A DNA stretch of 63,095 nt, filler included, from Octopus bimaculoides (taxonomy: Eukaryota): the NCBI RefSeq assembly GCF_001194135.2. It is 7 parts of 7 records of this genome, joined end to end, with 100 filler letters (N's around TTAATTAATTAA, not from the genome) between each part and the next. Parts side by side here need not be neighbours in the genome. Positions count along the whole stretch, not along the records: positions 37,980 to 51,165 come from NC_068991.1; positions 51,266 to 53,748 come from NW_026426964.1; positions 53,849 to 58,325 come from NC_068984.1; positions 58,426 to 63,095 come from NC_069000.1; 3 more parts are not named here. One strand, written 5' to 3'. Of this stretch, positions 50,926 through 63,095 are shown piece after piece (positions within the stretch are counted from its first letter, which is position 1; every line of letters begins with the position of its first letter). The notes beneath the pieces were generated by a model. It was not told where the DNA came from and made no database searches. It saw only the letters and a program-made list of their open reading frames with translations. Both the position numbers and the translations under genes were made by a program.

Positions 50926-51165
50926 TCAGTAGTTTTATTTTTATAACGTGCTTTCACTTCACTACCGAGCGCAGCTCTGTGCGCCTTGGGTATGTGCTGT
51001 GGTTTGCTGTGGTGCTCTTATGTTTACTGTATTGAAAGTGTTTTGCGTAGAATGTGTGCAGTACCCAGTAGTGCAATTTTCTGTATGTTATATATATTTG
51101 TAAGTCCTGGTGTTTTTGTTATGTATTTGTCTGAATATTTTTTTATTATACCTAAGGCACCTACT
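50925..51165 (-). mobile_element. R4/Dong-like LINE 3' end abutting (AAT)n
   Basis: Minus strand VGALGIIKKYSDKYITKTPG..IQKIALLGTAHILRKTLSIQ*, then UTR and AAT repeats. Confidence 0.85.
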
Positions 51166-51556
51166 NNNNNNNNNNNNNNNNNNNNNNNNNNNNNNNNNNN
51201 NNNNNNNNNTTAATTAATTAANNNNNNNNNNNNNNNNNNNNNNNNNNNNNNNNNNNNNNNNNNNNGTGTGTGTGTGTGTGTGTGTGTGCGTGAAAACATG
51301 GACACATACATTACTTAGATACTTACATATGTCTATGTGCTATGCTGGCATGCATGCGTATATTTATAGATATACTCACACACACACATACACACATACA
51401 GACACGCACACATGCATACGCACACAGACGTATATATATATATGTACATACATATGTGTGTGTGTGTGTAAACATACATATATGTATATATGTGTGTGCG
51501 AGAGAGAAACAAAGAAGGATCACATAGTTTCCGAATGTCAGTTTCGTTCAGTCGAA

Positions 51557-52225
51557 TTAGAAAGCAACAGAATGACTATAGGTGGAGTATGTTGTATACA
51601 TTGGCGTTTGTCGGGCCCTTTTGCACCAAATTCCTCCTTGAAAGTTTTCAAGAAAGAATTTGGGCATGTATCGGCAAGTCAAAATTAATTTCTTCTTTTT
51701 ATTTAAAATTAGAGTAGGATAACAGACAATGTGGAGTTTCTCTGCAAAACAGAGGTTGCAGGATTTTTGATAAGTTTTTAAGGTCTGAGCTTGTCTAACA
51801 ATACTCATAAAACCAGTCCTATCTGGGTGTTTTTTTATCTGTATCCTTATCATAGTTTCATAACAAGTATGTCGTTGTAATTTACTGTTCTTGGATTGCA
51901 AGAGCTTACCCATCCTAGTGAGAAATAATAAACTGGTTGTTGGTCCAGTGTAGACTACTTTGTTTATCTAAGTTCGTGTCACTTTGAAACTTCTTAGCAA
52001 CATAGTCATGCACAGCCTTCTACGCATCTATATACAATCTTTCATCTGAGGGTCTGTTGCAATTGAGCTGTGCAACATCCTTGGTTATGTTAGATAATCA
52101 TTTGCGAAGAGCTTCTTTGCAAATAAGTTTGGGACATATTTGACCTGTACAAAGGCCGTATTCACTGTTGTTTGCCGTTGAGAAAAATTCTCACTTTAGT
52201 TAAAAGATTTAAAGAAAAAACAGTC
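51557..52225 (-). mobile_element. Penelope-like element GIY-YIG region, heavily decayed
   Basis: SIVRQAQ..KSCNLCFAEKLHIV..LNKKKKLILTCRY matches the PLE C-terminal CxLCxxEK..LN..L...CR pattern; VVYTG upstream. Confidence 0.65.
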
Positions 52226-52276
52226 ATTTCAAGTCTCCTCTGGCGGAAACAATGAACGCATTTCTAGCTTCTTGGC

Positions 52277-52336
<60 letters not shown>

Positions 52337-53282
52337 NNNNNNNNNNNNNNNNNNNNNNNNNNNNNNNNNNNNNNNNNNNNNNNNNNNNNNNNNNNNNNNN
52401 NNNNNNNNNNNNNNNNNNNNNNNNNNNNNNNNNNNNNNNNNNNNNNNNNNNNNNNNNNNNNNNNNNNNNNNNNNNNNNNNNNNNNNNNNNNNNNNNNNNN
52501 NNNNNNNNNNNNNNNNNNNNNNNNNNNNNNNNNNNNNNNNNNNNNNNNNNNNNNNNNNNNNNNNNNNNNNNNNNNNNNNNNNNNNNNNNNNNNNNNNNNN
52601 NNNNNNNNNNNNNNNNNNNNNNNNNNNNNNNNNNNNNNNNNNNNNNNNNNNNNNNNNNNNNNNNNNNNNNNNNNNNNNNNNNNNNNNNNNNNNNNNNNNN
52701 NNNNNNNNNNNNNNNNNNNNNNNNNNNNNNNNNNNNNNNNNNNNNNNNNNNNNNNNNNNNNNNNNNNNNNNNNNNNNNNNNNNNNNNNNNNNNNNNNNNN
52801 NNNNNNNNNNNNNNNNNNNNNNNNNNNNNNNNNNNNNNNNNNNNNNNNNNNNNNNNNNNNNNNNNNNNNNNNNNNNNNNNNNNNNNNNNNNNNNNNNNNN
52901 NNNNNNNNNNNNNNNNNNNNNNNNNNNNNNNNNNNNNNNNNNNNNNNNNNNNNNNNNNNNNNNNNNNNNNNNNNNNNNNNNNNNNNNNNNNNNNNNNNNN
53001 NNNNNNNNNNNNNNNNNNNNNNNNNNNNNNNNNNNNNNNNNNNNNNNNNNNNNNNNNNNNNNNNNCATCAGCTACCCCCGTTTTAACACCGGCGTTTCGA
53101 AGAGCTGGGCAGGACCCATCGCTAAAACGGCTCTTCCCATGGACCGCAAATTAAATTTGTATACACGACAACATAACGTAACATACATACACAAGTCTTC
53201 CTCGATACACTAGTAACCAGCATGGGAGTATTGATTGATAGGATAGGCACGGCTGGAACGCATACATAGTCTGGAGCTAAGC

Positions 53283-53323
<41 letters not shown>

Positions 53324-54430
53324 CGAGAACATAGAACAGTTGCGACTAAAAGCAGTGCACCCCCCTCGCACAACAGCAACCCAATAGCAATAACAACAAC
53401 AACAACAGCAGCAGCGAACATCACTATCCAAATACACCTAGAAATAAAAAGATAAATAAAATATTATGGAGTCGGAGAATGATAATAATGGTATTTGTCG
53501 TCGGAAAGGGGTTAGGGTTCCCCATGAATACGGTGGTTTAATAAGAATAATTTATAGTCAACATTCCGTAGCTCGTTTCCTCTACGTTTTTATCAAATCA
53601 GGATGTAAACCATTTAGGCAATGCATTCTTTAAAATCCCACCGTCTCTTGCATGGAACGCTGAGTAACCGGATAGTTTTTTTTTCGGTCTGTCCAAGGCC
53701 TTCGCTTTAGAGAGAGAAGCGAAAAGAGGTTTTTTTTTTTTTTTTTTTNNNNNNNNNNNNNNNNNNNNNNNNNNNNNNNNNNNNNNNNNNNNTTAATTAA
53801 TTAANNNNNNNNNNNNNNNNNNNNNNNNNNNNNNNNNNNNNNNNNNNNAAACAAACGAGAGAGAAAAATCGAAAACAGGACAATAACACAGAGAACGACC
53901 CTTCATCAGTTGCCGACTGTCTATCTACTCATTTCAAGCATTCAACAACAATATGAGTCTCCGAAGACAGTTTCTCTCATAAATTCCAAATTAAATTTAG
54001 GTTCAATGGAGGGTAAAATTTGGGAACAAAAACAGGAGAGTGGACACATACAAGGAAACTGAATGAAACAAACATGGAGGGTCGTTAGACCAAAATGAGA
54101 GGAAAATAGTGGATGCAGGAGAAATATTTTCTCTGAAAAGAGAAAAGATAGAATAGAGAGAAGGAAAGCGTCCAGTCCTTAGAACGACGTCCAGGAAAAG
54201 AAAGATGAACGATGGTCACGTAGGAGCAACGAGAGAGAGTACACGAGAAACAGGGAGAGAGAGTGACAGAGAGAGACAGCCAGAGAGACAGATAGGTAAC
54301 AGTGAAGGGGATACAAAGGGAACCATAGAAGGATGGGGGAAGAAAACAGCACAGAGTAGAGTCGCATCAAAAAGGTCAAGACAAACCCACTTGGAAACGG
54401 ATGCGTGGCGTTCACTCAAATGATAATATA

Positions 54431-54467
<37 letters not shown>

Positions 54468-54495
54468 TTAATGCTTAGAAACTATAAAGGAATAT

Positions 54496-54707
54496 TCTTT
54501 TTTACTCTAAGCACAAGGCCCGAAATTTTGGGGGTGAGGGCCAGTCGATGAGATCGACCAAGTACGCAACGGGTAGTTAATTTATAGACCCCGAACGGAT
54601 GAAAGGCAAAGTCAACCTCGGCGGAATTTGAACTTAGATCGTAAAGACAGACGAATTACTGCTAAGCATTTCGCCCGCCATGCTAACGTTTCTGCTAGCT
54701 CGCCACC
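54496..54707 (-). mobile_element. near full-length family-A SINE
   Basis: Reverse head GGTGGCGAGCTAGCAGAAACGTTAGCATGGCGGGCG, core and tail. Confidence 0.88.
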
Positions 54708-55135
54708 TTACTAAAAATGAATATTGTCAACTGAGACAGATGAGACGATACCGATTTGTTAACCTATCCCTTTTCGAGATTAGACTATTGTTGTGAATAC
54801 AAATTTCACTTGAAACAATTTTAGTTTCATCACACTCCAATACATTTCTTTTTATTTTTCAATATATCCGGGTAAATTAAAATGCTAACGTTTTCTGTCA
54901 AAATATATTTCTCTACGTTGTGAAAGTAACTATATATTCCAGAACGAGATTGATTAACACAAACTGTGTTTACATTCATGATATTATTCCCTATTCTTCC
55001 GTTTCTAGTTTATTGCTCTTACATTAAGCCTAGATTAATATCAGTATTATTTGTCGATATATTATTAGTCGCTATACACGCACACACACACACGTATATA
55101 TATACGCATAAATATATATATATACAAATGTATTT

Positions 55136-55211
<76 letters not shown>

Positions 55212-56007
55212 GTGTGTGTGTGTGTGTGTGCGTGTGTGTGTGTTCAGGAATGAAAGTGCTTTAGGGGGATTAGGTTGACTGTAGAGAAGTGGAAATTAAG
55301 TGGAAATTGGAACTGGATACCAATGCGTTCAGTTACGAAGAGGAGATTAATAATAAACGCTTTACCAGAGGCTCAGCATATCAAATGTCTCCAAAAATTT
55401 GTGATATATCACGTTTGCCATTCTAAGTGCGTAACGAACATTTTAATTTTCTTTCCCCTATGATCATTGACAGGTCAAATAATAGATCGGTCTTACGAAA
55501 TCAGTCACGGAAGACAATACAATCGGCCTACTCGAGATAGAAAAATTCATATATTTTCCAACTGTTTTCTTAATAGTTTACTGGTTTCTGTTTTTGGATT
55601 GCGGCTACAATGGATTCCGTCATCATTGGTTTAGTCATCATCTGTATTCCCAGTACATATTTCATTGTGACATTTATTTTATGGATCACTTTTCACCAAT
55701 AAACAACGTTACGAGGCATAAATAGCTTAAAATAATAAACAGTGCCACGCTAATACACACACTGAATACAGACACCCACCCAGGCGTACACACAGGCAGA
55801 CAGGCATATAAATATATATATATACAGAGAGAGGGGAGAAAGAGAGAGAGAGACGGGGGGCATATGCGTAGCTCTGTGCTACTAAGTTGGGAGTGAACCC
55901 AGAACCACGAGATTTATTAGCACACAGACACGCCTGCGCCAATACATATATGTGTATATATATATATGTGTGTGTGTGTATGTGTGTGTGTGTGTATGTG
56001 TGTAAAA

Positions 56008-56042
<35 letters not shown>

Positions 56043-56059
56043 TGTATGTATGTGTGTAT

Positions 56060-56225
56060 GTGTGTGCGTGTCCGTGAGAGTGTGTTTGTATTTTTCCCCC
56101 ATACCGCTTGATAACCAGTCTTAGTTTGTTTAATTACCCATAAAAAATGGCGGTTCGGCAAAAAGACCCGATAGAATAGTCCCTGGATTGGAATAACTGC
56201 AGGTGTCGATTTGTTCGAATGAACC
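56060..56225 (+). mobile_element. SINE-B 3' half, decayed
   Basis: CCGCTTGATAACCAG..GCGGTTCGGCAAAAGACCCGATAGAATA. Confidence 0.6.
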
Positions 56226-56451
56226 CTGAATGAAGTAATATGTACTTGTATACGCGTATCAAATATATATATGGATATGAATATGTAAGTGTATATTCAT
56301 GTATGTGTGTGTGTTTAAATATATACATACACACGCACACATATACATACATATATATGTATATATGCTTATATTCATATAAATATAATATATATATATG
56401 AATATACAAATATGTTTGTATATACATACACACACACACACACACACACAC

Positions 56452-56497
<46 letters not shown>

Positions 56498-57139
56498 TTC
56501 TATATTTAGTAAATAATATTACAGTAAATAATGTATATAATTCCTCATTTCTTANNNNNNNNNNNNNNNNNNNNNNNNNNNNNNNNNNNNNNNNNNNNNN
56601 NNNNNNNNNNNNNNNNNNNNNNNNNNNNNNNNNNNNNNNNNNNNNNNNNNNNNNNNNNNNNNNNNNNNNNNNNNNNNNNNNNNNNNNNNNNNNNNNNNNN
56701 NNNNNNNNNNNNNNNNNNNNNNNNNNNNNNNNNNNNNNNNNNNNNNNNNNNNNNNNNNNNNNNNNNNNNNNNNNNNNNNNNNNNNNNNNNNNNNNNNNNN
56801 NNNNNNNNNNNNNNNNNNNNNNNNNNNNNNNNNNNNNNNNNNNNNNNNNNNNNNNNNNNNNNNNNNNNNNNNNNNNNNNNNNNNNNNNNNNNNNNNNNNN
56901 NNNNNNNNNNNNNNNNNNNNNNNNNNNNNNNNNNNNNNNNNNNNNNNNNNNNNNNNNNNNNNNNNNNNNNNNNNNNNNNNNNNNNNNNNNNNNNNNNNNN
57001 NNNNNNNNNNNNNNNNNNNNNNNNNNNNNNNNNNNNNNNNNNNNNNNNNNNNNNNNNNNNNNNNNNNNNNNNNNNNNNNNNNNNNNNNNNNNNNNNNNNN
57101 NNNNNNNNNNNNNNNNNNNNNNNNNNNNNNNNNNNNNNC

Positions 57140-58325
57140 AAACATCACTAAGGAAGAAAAGTTCGCTATCAAAAGACTACAAGGAGACAATTCCATCATA
57201 GTTCTCCCAGCGGACAAGGGAAATGCTACAGTGGTGATGAACAAGTCTGACTACTCCGAAAAATTGGCAAGTCTTATAAGTGATGGTAGCTACAGTAGAG
57301 TAAAGAAAGACCCAACTCTGAAAACAGAGAGGAAGTTGTCACAGATCTTGATCAAGAACAAGGATCACTTCACACCAATGAAGTACAGACAGCTGACTCA
57401 ACACTACAGTAAACTACCACACATGTACGGTCTCCCAAAGATTCACAAGGAAGGTATTCCACTAAGACCTATAGTGAGCTGTAGATGTTCAGCGTGCCAT
57501 CCACTGAGCCGCTTCTTGATGGATATAATCAGTCCATTAGCAGGAAAGTCAACATCATACGTGAAGAATTCCACCCACTTCACAGAATTGATCAAGGATA
57601 CCCCCATTGAATCCAACGAGATGGTGAGTCTAGATGTGATAAGTCTATTCACCAAAGTCCCAACTGGTGAAGCACTATCGGTGATTCAAGAAAAACTAGT
57701 GACAGACACCCATCTAAAAGAACGCACTAGTATACCAATAAGAAGCCTGATGGAAATGTTGACCTTCTGTGTAGGAACTACCTACTTCAGTATGGACACT
57801 AATATATATCGACAAAGGATGGTTTAGCTATGGGTTCGCCATTATCACCGATAATAGCCAATATATACATGGAATACTTCGAGAATTTGGCTTTAGGATC
57901 AACACCACTAAAACCAACCCTATGGCTGCGATACGTTGATGACATCTTTATTCTCTGGCCCCACCAGCAAGATGTCCAAAAGCTGTTAGATCATGTGAAC
58001 TCAATAAATCCATCCATACAGTTCACCATGGAAAAGGAACAGAACAATCAGCTGGCATTCCTGGACGTATTAATAACACGCACCGAGTATGGATTCAGGA
58101 CATCCGTATATCGCAAGCCAACCTTCACTGGACGATACCTTAACTTCAATTCCCACCATCCATACAGTGTAAAGAGAGGAATTGCTCAGTGCCTAAAACA
58201 CCAAGCAAAGAATATAAGTAGCGATCGTGATACCCACCACGAGGAAATGATCAAGCTCAGTAACAATCTATTAAGAAACAACTACCCCAAGAACATACTA
58301 TCTACTCCAAATATGAAGAAAAGAG
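57140..58325 (+). mobile_element. Penelope-like element reverse transcriptase (Poseidon-like), one frameshift, both ends in gaps
   Basis: PADKGNATVVMNK, YGLPKIHKEGIPLRPIVS, SLDVISLFT, frameshift at about 57827, GLAMGSPLSP, RYVDDIF, LAFLDVLI, YRKPTFTGRYLNFNSHHP. Confidence 0.92.
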
Positions 58326-58431
58326 NNNNNNNNNNNNNNNNNNNNNNNNNNNNNNNNNNNNNNNNNNNNTTAATTAATTAANNNNNNNNNNNNNNNNNNN
58401 NNNNNNNNNNNNNNNNNNNNNNNNNACATAA

Positions 58432-58505
<74 letters not shown>

Positions 58506-58527
58506 GAAGAAGAAGAAGAAGAAGAAG

Positions 58528-59225
58528 AATGGTGTATCATAGCAGCCGAAGATCAATACCTACCTACAAGGAACTACCAGGCCACATTGATCATGTTGTC
58601 TCCATGTGCAGTCTTCTTGCGCCTACAGAGTAACTCAACAGGCATAATAGAGCTGCACAGTATATTCACTGGGTAATTTGAAAAAACATGGAGCTGCCCC
58701 GTGATAAAAATTGGTGGGAACACAAACCACCTCCAGTGTTTGAAAATGATCACATCTCATTCCTCTGGAACTTCACTGTTCAAACTGACAGAAAGAGAGA
58801 TGCAAATAGGCCAGACATTATATTGAAGGACTTCAGACAAAAATCATGCCTCCTCGTTGATATGACTGTCCCAATCGACATAAATGTATCTGTCAAGACC
58901 TACCAAAAACTGAGCAAGTATAAAGATCTTGAAACAGAAATTTGCAAAATGTGGAACCTCAAGACTAAAATACTTTTTGTCATAGGTGCTCTAGGAATGA
59001 TAGCAAAATGGACTGATTTCTATGGGAACTGCCCATATCCCACGTGAAATACTGTCTATGTAATCTCAAATTTTAAAACAAAGTCATAATTCTTAAACAG
59101 TCTCTAGAACAATACAAAGAGCAAAACCAAATATTAAACACCAACATGAACTCCTTACTTGTGTCTAGATGTCTCTGGGTGAGATTTGGAGCCAACATGT
59201 ACAAATGCAAAGCAAACGTGAAACG

Positions 59226-59228
<3 letters not shown>
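58528..59228 (+). mobile_element. R4/Dong-like LINE 3' fragment flanked by (AAT)n on both sides
   Basis: IIAAEDQYLPTRNY..RHNRAAQYIHW..LWNFTVQTDR..NRPDII..LVDMTVP..KYKDLETEI..VIGALGMI. Confidence 0.88.
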
Positions 59229-59302
<74 letters not shown>

Positions 59303-59324
59303 CAACAACAACAACAACAACAAC

Positions 59325-59401
<77 letters not shown>
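59229..59401. repeat. (AAT)n/(AAC)n array
   Basis: Direct reading. Confidence 0.95.
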
Positions 59402-59402
<1 letters not shown>

Positions 59403-59538
59403 CCTTTCTACTAGAAGCAGAAGGCCTGCAATTTTTGGGAGAGGAGCTGGTCAATTATATCGACCTCAGTGCGTAACTGGTACTTAATACATCGACCCCG
59501 AAAGGATAAAAGGCGAAGTCGGCCTCGGAGGAATTTGC
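59403..59538 (-). mobile_element. family-A SINE 3' part inserted at the AAT array
   Basis: CCTTTCTACTAG..ATCGACCCCGAAAGGATAAAAGGCGAAGTCGGCCTCGG. Confidence 0.8.
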
Positions 59539-59709
59539 CATTCAGTATTTTATCCGATGCTTCTGATTTTGCCAATTCACCACTCTGAGGATAGCGATAT
59601 GATGCTGCTGCTGTTGTTTCTAACGATGACAGGGTTGATGTCGATGATGACGATGATGAGGAAGAGGAGGATGACGATGATGATGATGATGATGACGACG
59701 ACGACGTGG

Positions 59710-59747
<38 letters not shown>

Positions 59748-60510
59748 AATCCTGATTTATTTGCCACCAGGGCGAAGGGCGAGGTGGGATAATAGAATGA
59801 TATACATAAAAATGGGGTTTACATATAATGAAATGATAAATAAAAAAAATATATATATATATAGGAAGTATGCACAACATACACAACGGGAGCGTACATA
59901 ATATCAGTAAAAAGAAAGAAAGGACAAAGAAAGGGGGAATGGTTGTGATGTCCTCCTATTACAAGAGAACCTCTCGGTATAATCTTGTCCAAGATCTTCC
60001 TGCACACCAAAGACAAGCAGCCTCTCCAATTCCCTCTTCTCTGACTCACTGGTCTATATTTAGAGCCGGTATCATTAACTCTTGCTATTTTCGCAACTTT
60101 CCTCCACCTTTCAATAAATTCACTCGAAGTCAGGACCTTCCTCTCCAACCTCACTTCACTTTTCAAGTGAAACCTGAGCAAATCGATGAGGGCTCTACTA
60201 AAGAGAAATCTCTAAGTCTTATATGCCTTTCAAACTATTCCACCACATAACCTTGCCACCAGGTAAAAGAAATCTCATTTACCTGCCCAATTAAAGGAAA
60301 GCGGCAGGGCTATCCTCACCAACGACTCAGCCAACAAACGTATCCGTCCCACACTTGACAGCAGCTATTCGACATAACTCAGCAATGCCCGGACACTGAA
60401 CAAGTGCATGCGGAACGGTTTCGTCGCTCTGCGCGCACCTCGGACAAGTCCATCTGACAGCACATACGTACCTGTAGAGCTTATCTCGAACACTTAGTGC
60501 CCCCTGATAG
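59748..60510 (-). mobile_element. L1/Tx1 LINE 3' end (zinc knuckle, C-terminus, 3' UTR)
   Basis: CPRCAQSDETVPHALVQC..ALIDLLRFHLKSEVRLERKVLTSSEFIERW; same family as 2915-4378; UTR ends at a CAA array. Confidence 0.8.
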
Positions 60511-60554
60511 CACTACCTTGCAATAATAATAATGATAATAATAATAATAATAAT

Positions 60555-60594
<40 letters not shown>

Positions 60595-60689
60595 GAAGAG
60601 AAAAGGGGAAGATAGGGAAGGGGAAGATGCAGGTAGAACTGCGTTATAAGACCTCGACAATAGCAGTGAACAAGTACTTATCTAGTTCA

Positions 60690-61697
60690 GAGGACTGGAC
60701 GCCGTGACTGGTGTGCAAACTTGAAACAGCAAAAAATCACATTCTATTGTAAAGGAAGCTTGCAAATTAACCCTGAAATAGATGAAGGACCTGAAACCAC
60801 TGCCACAAGACAAGGAAAATAGATCAAGCAGACTGCAAAAAAAAGAACGGTGGAGCCAGAAGCCTCTGCATGAACAGTATATACTTCGAAATTGAAATGC
60901 TGATGTAGATCAAGTGACAATCCATCAGTGGATGAGAAGTTCAGAACTCAAAGCAGAGACTGAAGGTTTCATATTGGCGATACAAGATCAAAGCTTGCTC
61001 ACAAAGCACTACCATGCTAACGTTCTTCAAAATGGTTTTGACCATCTCGTCTCGGGATATCCTGTGCTGACACCAAACGAATACAAGAACCGCGAGGATA
61101 GGGCAGGGCAGTATTTACATTGGAAAATATGTAAACACTACAAAATCAGCACTCTTGTTTAGTGGTATGAACATCATCCTGAGCCAGTCGTTGAAGGTAT
61201 CCTCTGGGATTTTCTTGTGAACACTGACAGGACGATCCATGCTAATCGACCAGACATAATTATTAAAGACAGGGAAGGAAATACTTGTACACTAATAGAT
61301 GTAATTGTTCTCACTGATAAAAATATATGTAAGGAATTTGACAAATAAAGACCTAGAAATTGAAATACAAAAAAACGTGACATCTTAAAAAGAGAACTGT
61401 TCCTCTTATTGTAGGTGCCCTAAGTATGATAAGAAATGGATGTCAGAAACATCTAGATAAGATCCCAGGAGAACCATGTCTCAGAGAAATCCAAAACGTT
61501 GTGCTGACAAGTACTGCCCACATCCATAGAAAAACCCTGTCCATTTAAATGTCTGTGTTGTATTACATGAAGATATTTCGCCACTTCCCCTCCCCAAGCT
61601 TTCAGTCATACTGTAACATCTCTTATCCTTCACTTGCCCCAGGACGCTGGGTGTGTCTCGGCAAGTGGCTGTAACATACATGCAGATTAAAAGTAAT
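60690..61697 (+). mobile_element. R4/Dong-like LINE 3' fragment between (AAT)n arrays
   Basis: WSQKPLH..ETEGFILAIQDQSL..LHWKICKHY..ILWDFLVNTDRTIHANRPDIIIKD..IVGALSMI..STAHIHRKTL. Confidence 0.88.
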
Positions 61698-61698
61698 G

Positions 61699-61759
<61 letters not shown>

Positions 61760-62334
61760 NNNNNNNNNNNNNNNNNNNNNNNNNNNNNNNNNNNNNNNNN
61801 NNNNNNNNNNNNNNNNNNNNNNNNNNNNNNNNNNNNNNNNNNNNNNNNNNNNNNNNNNNNNNNNNNNNNNNNNNNNNNNNNNNNNNNNNNNNNNNNNNNN
61901 NNNNNNNNNNNNNNNNNNNNNNNNNNNNNNNNNNNNNNNNNNNNNNNNNNNNNNNNNNNNNNNNNNNNNNNNNNNNNNNNNNNNNNNNNNNNNNNNNNNN
62001 NNNNNNNNNNNNNNNNNNNNNNNNNNNNNNNNNNNNNNNNNNNNNNNNNNNNNNNNNNNNNNNNNNNNNNNNNNNNNNNNNNNNNNNNNNNNNNNNNNNN
62101 NNNNNNNNNNNNNNNNNNNNNNNNNNNNNNNNNNNNNNNNNNNNNNNNNNNNNNNNNNNNNNNNNNNNNNNNNNNNNNNNNNNNNNNNNNNNNNNNNNNN
62201 NNNNNNNNNNNNNNNNNNNNNNNNNNNNNNNNNNNNNNNNNNNNNNNNNNNNNNNNNNNNNNNNNNNNNNNNNNNNNNNNNNNNNNNNNNNNNNNNNNNN
62301 NNNNNNNTGATGATGATGATGATGATGATGATTT

Positions 62335-62445
62335 CATTTAATGGCCACAAGGGCGAAGGATGAGGAGGACAATACAGAGACAGACATAAAGTGTGGGGGG
62401 GGGGTTACATATAATAATGAAATGATAAAAAATAACAATAACGGT
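62335..62445 (-). mobile_element. L1/Tx1 3' UTR end, second copy
   Basis: GCCACAAGGGCGAAGG..GGGGTTACATATAAT..GAAATGATAAA matches 59755-59845. Confidence 0.6.
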
Positions 62446-62715
62446 AACAACAATAAAACCAGCAACGACAAAGACGACGATGATGATGATATATTGAAAG
62501 TTTTTTTTTAGAGTTTTTTAATGATTTTGGTAACACTGCGTGGATATCGCTTTTGTGGGTAATCATGATATAAATTTCCTGTATCATATTCTACGAGGCA
62601 TGGTCCGTCTGTTCTCGGCATTCCGTTGTCATGTTTCGTTTGTGATGGATTATCTTATGAAAATGTTAAATGTTACCTACTCGAAACTTTAACTCAATAT
62701 CCCCGGTCTATGTAG

Positions 62716-62748
<33 letters not shown>

Positions 62749-62929
62749 GGCGCGTATGCATATACATACACATATGTATATATTGAAACATATGTATGCA
62801 TATGGATAGGTATACGTGTGTGTATGTGTATATGCATACAGTAGATTTGTGTATTTGCCTGTATCTCTTTCTTCTATCTATCTATCTATCTATCTATCTG
62901 TCTATCTATCTATCTATCTATCTATCTCT

Positions 62930-63095
62930 CTTTTACTCTTTTACTTGTTTCAGTCTTTTGACTGCGGCCATGCTGGAGCACCGCCTTTAGTCGAGAAAAT
63001 CGACCCCAGGACTTATTCTTTGGAAGCCTAGTACTTATTCTATCGGTCTCTTTTGCCGAACCGCTAAGTTACGGGGACATAAACACACCAGCATC
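62930..63095 (-). mobile_element. SINE-B 3' half, continuing beyond the window
   Basis: Reverse of GTCCCCGTAACTTAGCGGTTCGGCAAAAGAGACCGATAG..GGCGGTGCTCCAGCATGGCCGCAGTC tail. Confidence 0.9.

Noticed and set aside
53849-54420. Repeat-like block with CTGATGA (minus) and 9-bp inverted repeat AACGACCCT/AGGGTCGTT
   Set aside because: No GAAA in register; probably an unclassified repeat that cannot be defined from one copy.

Overview
AT-rich, gap-riddled intergenic or intronic eukaryotic DNA. The SINE, LINE and microsatellite content points to an octopus genome (inference from recognised repeat families). No intact host gene is supported, and most ORF-track entries are microsatellite or N-gap artefacts. 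The window is a patchwork of decayed mobile elements: three or four tRNA-derived SINE families, L1/Tx1, CR1/L2, RTE, Hero and R4/Dong-like LINE fragments, two Penelope-like elements (PLEs), and several Tc1/mariner elements and MITEs. Main discovery: three type I hammerhead ribozyme (HHR) motifs, folded by hand, each with an intact catalytic core and a palindromic stem III (2120-2203 minus, 24062-24107 plus, 48667-48753 minus), plus three degraded candidates. The HHR at 24 kb lies in a highly structured 350-nt unit bounded by 27-nt direct repeats, the architecture of a retrozyme (non-autonomous ribozyme/circRNA retroelement). A nearly intact PLE reverse transcriptase at 57-58 kb is a candidate partner. 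Second highlight: a 5S rRNA-headed SINE3-like element at 40141-40327 sharing a structurally conserved 3' stem-loop tail with a tRNA-SINE family. No cleavage, expression or database check could be run.
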